Shown here: positions 26,274 through 38,715 of the stretch, piece by piece
How the letters are laid out: each line of letters opens with the position of its first letter
How positions within the stretch are numbered: position 1 is the first letter of the stretch
Assembly (NCBI GenBank): GCA_951406725.2
Contig: OX597831.1
Location: forward strand, 80,724,001 to 80,788,000
Source: Octopus vulgaris
Lineage: Eukaryota
Direction of reading: 5' to 3'
Length of the DNA stretch: 64,000 nucleotides
Program-made: the position numbers and the translations under genes
Notes under the pieces: model-generated
Databases searched by the model: none
What the model was told of the DNA's origin: nothing
Seen by the model: only the letters and a program-made list of their open reading frames with translations

Positions 26274-29200
26274 CATTAGGGTGTGATAAGACGTATATGA
26301 GGGCAAGTGTTTTATGAACTTGAAACTCTGAGTAACCCTATGAACCAGTCATATCAATCTTTATCTAAATATTCCGTAATTTAGAGTGTGCTTCTCTTTC
26401 AGATTTATGATCTACTGACAATACATATGCATGTATATTCTGTGTGTGTATGTATGTATATAAATATATAACTGGCCCCCATGCCGTGGCACGTAAAAGG
26501 GCACCATTCGAGCGTGATCGTTACCAACGTCGCTTCACTGGCACCTGTGCCGGTGGCACCTATAAAAAGATTTGAGCGAGGTCATTGCCAGTACCGCCTG
26601 ACTGGCCCCCATGCCGTGGCACGTAAAAGGGCACCATTCGAGTGTGATCGTTACCAACGTCGCTTCACTGGCACGTATAAAAAGATTTGACCGAGGTCGT
26701 TGCCACTACCGCCTGACTGGCCCCCGTGCCGGTGGCACGTAAAAAGTACCCACTACACTCTCAGAGTGGTTGGCATTAGAAAGGGCATCAGGCTGTAGAA
26801 ACTCTGCCAGATTAAGATTGGAGCCCTGTGCAGCCATCTGGTTCACCGGCCCTCAGTCAAAATCATCCAACCCATGCTAGCATGGAAAGCGGACGTTAAA
26901 CGATGATGATGATGTTGTATAAATACATTGCTTTTATTGAATAATCATCTGGTGTAACATTACTTCCGATGATGTAAGAGAATACAAGTGCGATGGCCAT
27001 TGAACTTATCCATGTGGCATTGATTTATTCTTTGTCTAAAGAATCTAAAGATACCAATAAATGGTAACAGCTGTGTCTAAGAATCGTGGTTGGTCAGTTT
27101 GCTAGAAATAAGAGCTAGATCTTTGTCGAATCGTGCACAGCTTGCAGTTATTGAAAAATGACTTGTTTAATGATGTCTGGAAACTAAAAGTTGATTTTTA
27201 AAAAAAAACAGAAATGCTTTTGATCATAGGCCTGGCTTGAATCGGAGTCGACCATGGGTTAAACAACAACAGTAGCAACAGCAGCAGCTGTTACCATGTA
27301 GATCAGACATTCACATGACTTAGTCACATGACTACACACACACACACACACATGTGTGTGTGCGCATACATCCAAAAGAGGAACAGGAAGAGGAGTGTGA
27401 CGGAGGTGACGATGGTAGTGATGGGGGTTTTGGCTTTCAGATCAGTCAGGATCAGAACAGACCCCTGTGACCAAAGTCATACCAATTCCAGCTGTGGCCA
27501 TCCCTTCTTAATTCCAGGAACAGTGTACGGTGTCATCCAGTGTACCTGCATTTCCAATGATAAAGCATGTTTTGAAGGAAAATTAGCTGCTATGTCTAGC
27601 AGGCTGAGTAGAACTGAAATACCATTAGATAGGTCCTTGGTTTGAATTCTCTGTTGTAGTTGTTTTTATTGTTGTTCTTGTTACTTAGCTTTTGTCTTTT
27701 CTGGTGAATCATCACTCAGTGTTTAGTTTCCATGGGTTGTATGGTTTGACAGGAGTTGATGAAGCAGGGGCTTTCATCAAGCTCCGGTTATCTGTTTTGG
27801 CATGGTTTCTATGGCTGGATGCTCTTTCTAATGCCTGTTACTTTACAGAGTTGACTGGGTGCTTTTTATGTGGCACCGGCACTGGTGAGGTCACCAAGTC
27901 ACCTGCAAAACAAAGACCCCCTCAAAGGGGAAGAGAGGGAAGGGGTGATGAGGGTGGGTGGATTTGTGTCAGATGCTGGGAAGGTTGAAGTAAGACAGAG
28001 GGACGGAACCGGGTGTCTTGCGGTGGAAGAGATACGTGGCTGTCAAAGAGAAAATGGCGAAAATGTGTGAGGGTACAAGCTGAAATTACAGGTATTTGAC
28101 AGGGGTGAGTGAATAGGTGAGTTCCTAAGAGTGGGGTATTGTAGTAAGTGGGTAACATGGGTGGAGGGAAGGGAGTGTTAGAAAGATGGGTTGTGAAACA
28201 GGGATTCATCAAGGCAAAGACATAAATGGCTTGCATTTAGAGAAGGGTTTCTCAACCCTTTTTTTTTTAACCTATGGACCCTTCTGAATCCTATTTTACT
28301 CAAGTGATTCCTATTTTACCTTCCTCGCCATTCGGTATTTTAAAAATCCTATTATATTTTCATAATTATTATTAGGAAATGTATCAAATAATTACTAAAA
28401 TACTTTGTGTATTGTAGAAGTGTAAGCAATTTATTGCAGGTAATTTTTTCTTTTAATGTCTTGCAAGGACTTTGTGACCCTGTCAGTGTAGGTGCCACTT
28501 AAAAGCATCCAGTCCACACTGTAAAGTGGTTGGTGTTCGGAAGGGCATCCAGCTGTAAAAACCTTGCCAAAACTGACCTCACCCGTGCTTGTGCCATGTA
28601 AAAAGCACTAAGTCCACTCTGCTGGGTGGTTGGTGTTAGGAAAGGCATCCGGCTGTAAAAATCCTGCCAAAACAGTCACAGAAGTACAGGCTTCGGCCTG
28701 GCTGGCTCTTGTGGTACCATCCTACCCATGCTAGCATGGAAGACGGACATTAAACGATAATGATGATGAAATTCTATCATAATCTTACATGGACCCCACA
28801 AGGGTCATGTGGATCCCTGATGAGAACAATTGATTTGTTGCTCAGATGGATGAAGCTATAATCAATAACTTATAATCAGAGGTGTTCTACCCATGACCAC
28901 CTCTTCAAGTGTTTCACCAGCTTTGTTTTGTTGTTGGGCCCTTGATCTAGCAGACCTGTGATCATAGATATTCCTGCCACAGTTACATTCCCATCTTTTC
29001 ATCAAACATAGTGTATCAAGGACTACATTTATCCTATGTGTCATTGGTTGTGGTTAAGAAGTTCTTTCTTTGCAACCACCTGGTTTTGAGTTCAGTCCTA
29101 CTGTGCAGCACCTTAAGCAAATGTCTTCCACTGTTGCTCCAGGCTGACCGGTGCTTTGTGGATGAATTTAGTAGACAGAAACTGTATGGAAGCCTCTCAC

Positions 29201-30313
29201 ACACACACACACACTGGTTATTAGCTATGAAAGCAGTATTAATTCAGAATAGCTATCTGCATATCATATTCAAAGCAGATGTAAGCACCAGACTTAAAAA
29301 ATAAGTACAAGGGTTGAATTCGTTTGGCCAGAATCTTTCAAGGTGGTGCTCCAGCATGACCACAGTTCAATGGTTGCACAAAATAGCAGATAAAAGATAG
29401 AAATACTTATTTCTCGGATCAGATTCATTCTAGAGCTTTGTTGTTTAAAGATTACATTCTCCTGAATTTGAGAGGGACACTCAAGATTTCCTGCAGGGTC
29501 TCCTTAATTGTCTCTAGGTGACTGTACATCTTTTGACACACACACGTTTTACATCCCACTTTTCCATGTCAGCATGAGTTAGAGTAATACATTATTGAAG
29601 CATTATTTTACAGCTGGATGCCTTTCCTGTCACTTAGCCTTATCTATTCCTTTCAAGTATGGCATCTTTTACTTTTATCCTACATACCTTTGAAGATGCA
29701 ATTTCGCTGCTGACAGAGACTTCCACCATAGTATTACTGGTATAGGTGCCAGCGTGCCTGTGTGGTAAGAATCTTGCTGCCCAGCCATTTGGCTCTGGGT
29801 TCAGTTGTCCCACTGCATGGCACCTTGGGCAAATGTCTCCTAGTTTAACCTTGGACTGATCAAAGCTTTGTGAGTGGACTTGGGAAATGGAAACTGAAAG
29901 AAGCCCATCATGTACATAGATATGTTTGTGTGTGTATTTGTGTCTGTGTTTTTTGATTCACTTGACTTTAAAAAATTCTTTAAGGTGGTGCCCCAGCATG
30001 GCCACAGTCAAGCAGTGGTGGTGGGGTTGAACACACACACACACACACATCACATGATCAACCAGACTATCGGATGTTGCTATACATCACTGGTCACAGT
30101 GCGCTTTGCGTCATTTTAGCTCTTGAATGATGCCACCCTCTTCTTAGGCAAGCAGGCCAACATTGCATGATGTTTATATCATTGTACGAAGCGATTGTCT
30201 GCAAGAATTAAAATTCTCTTATTTATTTTAACATCTCTTCTCCAATTTTAATTAAATTGTTGAGTTTTATGGGATTTCTTTCCATAAATTCTCAACACAT
30301 CATATACAAGTAT

Positions 30314-30353
<40 letters not shown>

Positions 30354-30723
30354 ATATAATTAAGATTCAGTTGAATTAGGTACTTAAATTGAGGCACCTT
30401 CGTTAGGTCGATCTAATTTGCACACCCAAACAATGTCAGGTAACTATCAAACTCTGTGCAGAAGTGTTTTCACTTGATATTCTTGCAGTGTCTACAGATA
30501 ACATGAACCAACTTAGGGGACAGATCTGCTCCTTGTTGAAACGGCCATAATGAATTGACACCTGTACATCTTTGTTATATCTCATTTATATTATATTATA
30601 TTATTACATTATATATATCTTAGAATTTCTATTTTTGAAAACCAGTGGATGTATTCCACTGAATTTTAGGTAAATCATCCTTCGAACAGCCAGTCAGTAG
30701 TGACACCTGCCGGGTTCGGCTAC

Positions 30724-30765
30724 TCTACATTGATAAGGGGCAAATACCCTGAAACTAGTCTGTAG
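30724..30765 (+). ncRNA. Minimal type-I hammerhead ribozyme motif (U3-A8 core variant)
   Basis: TCTACA-TTGATAA-GGGcaaatacCCT-GAAA-CTA-GTC-TGTAGA: 6-bp stem I, core, stem II, palindromic stem III (ACTAGT), GUC cleavage triplet. Confidence 0.7.
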
Positions 30766-31404
30766 ATGCCAGACCAACAAGGGGAAGCAGCTGACCTCCC
30801 CTGTTCAAAGGTTATAATGGACACAGATTCGTGTGTTACATAGATTGCTAGAGGCAATGGCCTCTTGGAGCTAATCAACGGCAGCATTCGTCCTATATTT
30901 CTGGACTGCCATATTAGCTTGGCGATAACTATTAATATATATATATATATACATATATACGTGAGTGGATTTGTGAAATGAAAACTGAAAGAAGCCCATT
31001 TGAGCTTGGTCAATGCCAGTGCTGCCTGACTGGCTCCCATGCTGGTGGCACGTAAAAAGCACCATTTGAGCCTGATCATTGCCAGTGTCACCTGACTGGC
31101 TCCTGTGCTGGTGGCACGTAAAAAGCACCATTTGAGCGTGGTCAATGCCAGTGTCAACTGACTGGCTCCTGTGCTGGTGGCACAGAAAAAGCCCCATTTG
31201 AGCATGGCCGATGCCAGTACCACCTGCCTGGCCCTCATGCCAGTGGCAAGTAAAATGCCCCCACTACACTCTCGGAGTGGTTGGCATTAGAAAGGGATTC
31301 CAGCTGTTCAAACATTGCCAGATTGGATTGGAGCAGCCTTCTGGCTCACCAGCCCTCAGTCAAACCGTCCAATCCATTCCTGCATGGAAAGTGGATGTTA
31401 AGCG

Positions 31405-31705
31405 ATGACCAAAATTGAGAGTATGATAGAAGAAGGCTTGCTCTTCCTTCTGTAGAAGAAAAAATTCAAATCAGACCATGTTAACACCAAAAATTATTTA
31501 CACCAAAAAGGTGCTTTTTTTCTATGAAAATCCCTATTTTTTACGATTTTTTGACTGCTGTGTTGCCATTTTTTGATGTATTTCAACCAGAAAAATGTTC
31601 ACTTAAAGAGAATAACAAGCTACATAATGCAAAATTTTTACTTTTCAAGAATTCCAAATCTAAAGGGTCGAAACAAACCCGAGCAACGCCGGGTGATACT
31701 GCTAG
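31405..31705 (+). mobile_element. Helitron-like element, 5'-truncated copy
   Basis: Reverse complement of 6519-6800; ends CCCGAGCAACGCCGGG...CTAG|T. Confidence 0.7.
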
Positions 31706-31731
31706 TATATATATATATATATATAAATATA

Positions 31732-31938
31732 CAGTAACCCCTCACTATATTGTGGTTCACCTATTGCTCACTCAGTGCATTGCAGATTTTTCTGGCTAAT
31801 GTCTGTAAATTTATATTGTGGAATTCTCAGTATATCACGGGTTTCTGTGGCTGATAGGTATTGTATATTATTTTAGATTCTAATTACTTTTCTGGGAGGT
31901 TTTGAAATGCAACACCTGCGGTAGTCGAGGGATTACTG
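31732..31938. mobile_element. pogo/Tigger-like MITE
   Basis: TA-CAGTAACCCCTC...GAGGGATTACTG-TA terminal inverted repeats with TA target duplication. Confidence 0.75.
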
Positions 31939-32749
31939 TATACACACACACACACACACACACATGCAACTGGTACTTAAATCTACCAACACCCGAAAGG
32001 GTAAAAAGCAAAGCTGACCTTGGCAGAATTTGAACTCAGAACGTAGTGGCAGATGAAATACTGCTAAGCATTTCGCCCGGCGTGCTAACGTTTCTGCCAC
32101 TTTGCCGCCTTAATAAAAGAAATTATTAAAATACTTCTGACATTATCCAGCTGGGGTTTGGAACATATATTAATATGAAATTGTGATGGAAATTTTAATT
32201 TAGATTACTTTAAAATGGGAAGTTTGTAACATAGGACCAAGGGTGGTTTTAAAGCGGGTTGGTACCTAAAGGATTAAGCCAAGGAAGCTGGCAGAATCAT
32301 TAGCATGTCAGGCAAAATGCTTTGCAGCATTTCATATACCTTTACGTTCTGAGTTCAAATTCCACCAAGGTCAATTTTGTCTTTTTCCCTTTTGGGGTTG
32401 ATAAAACAAGTACCAGTCAAACTCTTGGGTTGATGGAATCTATTTAGCCCCTTCCCTGAAATTGCTGGCCTTGTGCCAAATTTCGAAACCAATACTTTTG
32501 TTCTTTACCCCTGTTAATAATATTTGATGATCTTTTCCTAGGTTTCAATTGTCTGTTTCTATTTAATTTTATTTCTTTTCCTCTGACCCCTGCCATTCCC
32601 TAAAACCTTACTTTTCTCTCCCTCTTTCGTAATGGTGTTTTTTGTCATTGTTCTCCAGTCAAACCAGCCAGGTGTATTTTCTCTCCTTCCAATCGCTTCC
32701 TCCATTCACCTGTCTCACTCTATCCTCTTCTTCTCTTTTATTCCTGCAG

Positions 32750-32897
32750 TTGTAGCAGTACTACGAAGCCGTACTGGAAAGATGTTGTCCGGTCGGTGCA
32801 AGCGGCTACGGTGAAAATGAAAAAGATGCAGGAGCCTGGCTATTACCCGGTTACCAACAGAGAAATGAACACAGACCTTAGGCGGTTCCTTAGTGAG
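32750..32897 (+). CDS. NAGS: NAGS coding exon 2
   Basis: ttcctgcAG acceptor; (R)CSSTTKPYWKDVVRSVQAATVKMKKMQEPGYYPVTNREMNTDLRRFLSE; GAG|GTGCCT donor (phase 0). DLRRFLSE continues into VGTDPKEARYWL, which resembles vertebrate NAGS [20 protein letters not shown]. Confidence 0.85.
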
Positions 32898-32934
32898 GTG
32901 CCTAACGAACCATTTGCCCTCACACTCTACTCTA

Positions 32935-33329
32935 CCTTCTCACTCTCTCTCTTTTCTCTCTCTCTCTCTCTCTCTCTCTGCCTCTCTCTTCTCTCTCTTT
33001 CTCTCTCTCCTTTCTCTCTTTTTCTCTCTCTCCCTCCATCTATCTCTGTCTATTTGTATGTCTGTCTCTCTTTTTCTCTTTCTTCCCCTCTCTCTTTTTC
33101 CGTCTTTGTCTCTCTGTCACTCTGCCTGTCTCTTTCTCTTATCTTTCTCTCTTTTATTTCTCTCTCTCTCTCTCTGTCTATTTGTATATCTGTCTGTCTC
33201 CTTTTCTCTTTCTTCCTCTCTCTCTCTCTCTCTCTCTCTTGTCTCTATGTCTTTCTCTCTCCCCTTCATTTCTCTGCGACTTTTTCCCTTTGTCTCTCCT
33301 TCTTCCCTTTCTCCCCTTCTCTCTTTCTA

Positions 33330-33368
<39 letters not shown>

Positions 33369-33720
33369 CTATGCCCCACCTCCTCTCTCTTCCCCCTCTC
33401 TCCTTCTTTCTCATGTTTTTGATTTTTCTCAATCCCTGATACCACCACCTCTTAAAACACTCTCTTCCCACTCCTCAGCCCTCCCCCTCTATATTGTTTT
33501 GCCTCCTACCAAGCCATACTACCTATTCTCTGCCTGCCTGTCTCTCTCTCTTTCTCAAACACACCCTCTCTATCACTCACTCACTCTCTCTCTATCTTTA
33601 CTCCCACTTTCTCTTTCCCCTTCAAACACACTCTTCCTGGGTTTTCACCTCCTCTCCCTTACACTCAACCATACTCACCCTGTCCCCACTTTTCTCTCCT
33701 CCCTCTGTCATTCCCCAACT
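32935..33720. repeat. (CT)n-rich polypyrimidine tract
   Basis: Directly visible; similar tracts at 38290-38575, 40560-41230 and 45283-45357. Confidence 0.95.
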
Positions 33721-36700
33721 ACTACTACTACTTCTACTACTACTCCTGCTGCTGTCAATCTTGAAAATCACTCTCCACTTTCTAAAATTAAATAAAAAAT
33801 AAATAAAAAAGAAACATTGGAGCACTGCAGTTCCTGGTTACTGAGAAAGACAGGGTGGTCACAGCTGGAGCGCTTTTAACTAAGAACCTGCTCAACCAGT
33901 ATTGACTTAGTGCTAAACGATATCAACAAAGGTCTGTGTTACTCAGTAGGCTCATAGTTACCTCCCTTGTTCTCTGCCTTATCCTAAACTATTTCAAACT
34001 AGATTTCTGTTACAGTCGCAAATAGGAACAGTAATGTGTGTGATATATATATATATATATATATATTATTTTGTTTGTTTCAGCCATTTGACTGCGGTCA
34101 TGCTAGAGCACTACTTTTAGTCGAACAAATCGACCCCAGGGCTTATTCTATCGGTCTCTTTTGGCGAACCACTAAGTTACAGGAACATAAACACACCAGC
34201 ATCGGTTGTCAAGCGATGTTGGGACACACACACAAACACACTCATGTATATATATACGACAGGCTTCTTTCAGTTTCCGTCTCCCAAATCCACTCACAAG
34301 ACTTTGGTCGGCCAAGGCTATAGTAGAAGACACCTGTCCAAGGTGTCACTCTGTGGGACTGAACCCGGAACCATGTGGTTGGTAAGCAAGCTACTTACCA
34401 CACAGCCACTCCTACACCTATATATATATATATGTATAATATACATATGAAAGGGAAACCACTATGTGGATGCCCTTATGCTAGAAGAAGATCCGCTAAG
34501 GTCTTACCACTAAGAAATGTTCTCAAGAAATAAATTCAGCAAATAACCAAAACGTAATCGAGCAAGACAAAAGAAAAGCAATAAAAATATGGATTATTCA
34601 CATACATGTTTCACTAGGCGCAGGAGTGGCTGTGTGGTGAGTAGCTTGTTTAACAACCACATGGTTCCGGGTTCAGTTCCACTGCGTGGCACCTTGGGCA
34701 AGTGTCTTCTACTATAGCCTCGGGCCAACCAAAGCCTTGTGAGTGTATTTGGTTGACGGAAACTGAAAGAAGCCCGTCGTATATCTGTGTATATATATAT
34801 ATATATATATGCGTTGTGGTATTTGTGTGTGGTGCTAAGAAATGTTCTCAAGAAATAAATTCAGCAAATAACCAAAATGTAATCGAGCAAGACAAAAGAA
34901 AAAGAAATTAAAAATATGGATTATTCACATACATGTTTCACTATTAATATATTATGTAATTTAACTTACGCAAGATGTCCGTAGATCTTCGGTGTGACCG
35001 TCCAAGTGAATATAATTTGCAGAACTGTATACTTGGACGTCCGCACAAAGTCGGACTTGTAAACAGTTCTACCTATTACATTTCAGGTAAAACTTGTAAA
35101 CAGTTCAACCCGAACATTTCTTAGTGGTAAGACCATAGCGGATCAACTTATAGCATAAGGGCATCCACACGGTGGTTTCCCTCTCATATGTATATAATAC
35201 AATTTTACTGAACCTTCAGTTTTTTTTATATGCTAGACCACTGGTGTGAAATTGATATTAATTAAATTATCATCAAATTTCTCACCCTCATTTCAAATTT
35301 ATATATATGTATATATATATATATACATACACGACGGGCATCTTTCAGTTTCCGTATACCAAATCCACTCACAAGGCTTTGGTCGGCCCATGGCTATAGT
35401 AGAAGACACTTATCCGAGGTGCCACGCAGTGGGACTGAACCCAGAACAATGTGGTTGGGAAGCGAGCTACTTACCACACAGCCATATGTGTCGTGGCTGT
35501 GTGTGTAAGAAACTTGCTTTACAGTCATGTGGCTTTAGGTTCCATCCCACTGCATGGTACATTTGGCAAGCGTCTTCTGCTACAGCCCTTGTCGGATTAT
35601 GTCTAGTGAATGAATTTGGTCGATGGAAACTGTGTGGAAGCCTGTCGTGTGTTTGTCTCCTGTAGAAATCTGACAAATGGTGTTGGTTTGTTTATGTCTC
35701 CGTAACTTAGCAGTTCAGTAGAAGAAATCGACAGAATAAGTACCTGGCTTTAAAAAAACCCAAAAAGTTCTGGTGGCAATTTGTTCAACTAAGCCCTTTA
35801 TGGTGGTGCTCCAGTATGGCCTCAGTCCAATAACTGAAACAAATAAAAGATAAAGGATAAAAACAAAATATACATAAAAATATGTAAAAGTGTTTGGTAA
35901 CAGGAAGGGCATCCAACCGTGACCACCCTACCAAAATAGACAATGGTGCTTGGTGCAGTCCTCTGTCTTAGTAGCTCCTGTCACACTATCCGACCGATAC
36001 CAGCATGGAAGGTGGACACTGGATGATGATGATGATGATGATGATATAGTTGAAATTTATAGGAAATGCAAAAGACAAAGACAGGTGTATGAACGATGAG
36101 CAGGTGTGTGAGTTTGATGCTTGGGAAAGTGAGAAAGTCTTTTGCGTTTTGGAGTAGTGGGGAGAGAGAGAGCCAAGAGGTTTTGCTAAGGTTTTTCTTC
36201 CAATAATGGTAAGCTTGCATGTTTACCAAACAGATAGTTTGTTGTAGGTATGTGGGTGTGAGCCCATGGGTAGGTAAGAGTGGCTCTAAGTTGGTGGGTG
36301 GTGGTCATGTGCATAATGTGTATATAGATTGATTCTATATCTTGTATTTTATTTTTACTTATTTCACTTGTGAACTGGCCATGCTACGGCACCTCCTTAA
36401 AGAGTTTTAGTTGTGTAAATTGACCCTAGTACTTATTTGTTTCCAACGCTAAGTTGTGAGGATGTAAACAAACCAACAGTCATTATCAAGTGATGGTGTG
36501 GGACAAACATAACCAGAAATACAAAGATACAGAGTTACATATTCCTTTCATCATCATCATCGTTTAACATCCGCTTTCCATGCTAGCATGGGTTGGACAA
36601 TTTTGACTGAGGGCTGGCGAACCAGATGGCTGCACCAGGCCCCAGTCTGATCTGGCAGTGTTTCTACAGTTGGATGCTCTTCCTAATGCCAACCACTCCG

Positions 36701-37008
36701 TGAGTGTAGTGGGTGCTTTTTACATGCCACCAGCACAGGTGCCAGGGGAGGCCGGCATCGGCCACGATCGATTGGAGCTTTTTATGTGCCACCGGCACAG
36801 AAGCCAGTCAAGGCAGCACTGGCATCGGCCACGCTTGGATGTGCTTTTTATGTGCCACCGGCACAGGTATCACAACTACAATTTCCATTTGATATTCATT
36901 TTGACGTTGATGTACTTGACTCAATAGGTCTCCTCAAGCACAATACACAGATGGACATTCACACACAGACAAACACACACACGTGCACACCAATTTCTTT
37001 CCTGTATG

Positions 37009-37046
<38 letters not shown>

Positions 37047-37085
37047 ATTCTTCATTGATGGTTCTCTTTTTTTCCATTCCTCCAG

Positions 37086-37202
37086 GTTGGAACAGACCCA
37101 AAGGAAGCCCGTTATTGGTTAAAACAGTTTGTTATTGGAGAGAGCATCAGACCATTTGCCGTTGTTCAAGTTGATCCAGAAGTCTTCTGTGAAAAAGCAC
37201 AA
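37086..37202 (+). CDS. NAGS: NAGS coding exon 3 (start of amino-acid-kinase-like domain)
   Basis: tccAG acceptor, CAA|GTAAGT donor, 117 nt. VGTDPKEARYWLKQFVIGESIRPFAVVQVDPEVFCEKAQ matches NAGS EARHWLTQF...KPFAVIEVDEEV. Confidence 0.95.
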
Positions 37203-37621
37203 GTAAGTTTTCTAGGGGTCAATTGCTTCTGCCTAAAAACGGATGCAGGGGTCTTATGTCTTGATTCTTCGTTCATTTATTGTTAACATTTTCTTTTCGG
37301 TCAAAGTAAGGTGGCAGGCTGGTGGAATCCTTACCTGCTGCAGAACCTGCTAAGTGACGTTTCTTCCAACTTCTCATTCTGAGTTCAAATTCCACTGAGA
37401 TCAATTTGGGTTTGCTCTTTTACCCTTTTACTTGTTTCAGTCATTTGACTGTGGCCATGCTGGAGCACCGCCTTTAGCCGAACAAATCGACCCCAGGACT
37501 TATTGTTTGTAAGCCTATTCTATCGGTTCTTTTGCCGAACTGCTAAGTTACGGGAACGTAAACACACCAGCATCGGTTGTCAAGCGATGTTGGGGGGACA
37601 AACACAGACACACAAACATAT

Positions 37622-37693
<72 letters not shown>

Positions 37694-38601
37694 CTATGTA
37701 TATGATGGGTTTCTTTCAGTTTCCGTCTACCAAATCCATTCACAAGGCTTTGGTCAGCCCATGTCTATACTAGAAGACACTTGGCCAACATGCCACGCAG
37801 TGGGACTGAACCCGGAACTATGCGGTTCATAAGCAAGCTACTTACCACACAGCCACTCTTACGCCTATGTGTCTGTGTATTTCATACAAGAAAGCAATTG
37901 GTGTGTGTGGCCAATCCTTACCCAGTTTCCAGGCAAAGTAATATTTCCTTGTGGCCAGAAATTTTTTCACAGAAATGCAAAACACTGCTTGTATAACAGG
38001 GATGCTCATTTACAACCCTCATATCAAAACAAGGAGTCAGACACACACACATATGCACACATGAAAGGCTTTGTTCAGTTTCTGTCTACCAGATTCGCTC
38101 ACAAGGCTTTGGTTGGCTCAGTGCTATAGTAGACGACACGTTGCCTGGGTATTGTGTGTGGGAAGAGCAAACGTCTTAACCACATGGCCACACTAGCAGC
38201 TATTCTAATGAAATGTAGCTGCTATCTCTAGTAGGCCTAGTGACCACATAGAGACTCTTTCCTCAACTTGATGAGCCATAACATGTTTTTCACTCTTTCT
38301 CTCTCTCTTTCTTTTCCTCTCACTCTTTCTCTCTCTCCCCCCTCCCTCTCTCTCTTCCTTTTCCTCTCACTCTTTCTCTCTCCTCCCTCTCTCTCTTCCT
38401 TTTCCTCTCACTTTTTCTCTCTCTCTCTCTCTCCCTCCCTCTCTCTCTCTCTCATTCTCCCCTCTCTCTCCTCCTCTCTTCCTCCCTGTCTCTCTCTCCT
38501 CTCTCTCATTCTCTCCCTCCCTGTCTCTCTCTCTCTCTTTCATTCTCTCTCTCTCCCTCTCTCCCTCTCTCTCTCATGTGCTGTGTATGTCTTCCTTCCA
38601 G

Positions 38602-38715
38602 CTCGAAGCCTTTGCCTCGTGTATCTCCTTCCTGCATCGGAACAGTATGCGTCCGGTTGTCATTCTGGGAACTGACTTCAATGAGAATGAAACCATGAAA
38701 ACAGAAGACTTTAAG
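38602..38715 (+). CDS. NAGS: NAGS coding exon 4
   Basis: ttccAG acceptor, AAG|GTAAGG donor, 114 nt. LEAFASCISFLHRNSMRPVVILGTDFNENETMKTEDFK (cf. LAFLQRMDMKPLVVLG). Confidence 0.93.

Noticed and set aside
26470-26760. CRISPR-like regularly spaced GGCACGTAAAA repeats (also 31000-31270, 62340-62630)
   Set aside because: The spacers are themselves homologous (~60-bp tandem units in a retroelement 3' region); eukaryotic context, no cas genes.
28817-28860. CTGATGAG followed by a hairpin, as a hammerhead candidate
   Set aside because: No GAAA/stem III/NUH follows; it is the decayed terminus of a hAT-type MITE.
30495-30555. Hairpin followed by GAAACGGCCATA, as a second hammerhead near 30724
   Set aside because: No recognisable CTGANGA core and the cleavage triplet is lost; possibly a relic, but not supportable.
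32898-33795. 208-300 aa Leu/Ser-rich ORFs
   Set aside because: Read-through from NAGS exon 2 into an intronic (CT)n tract.
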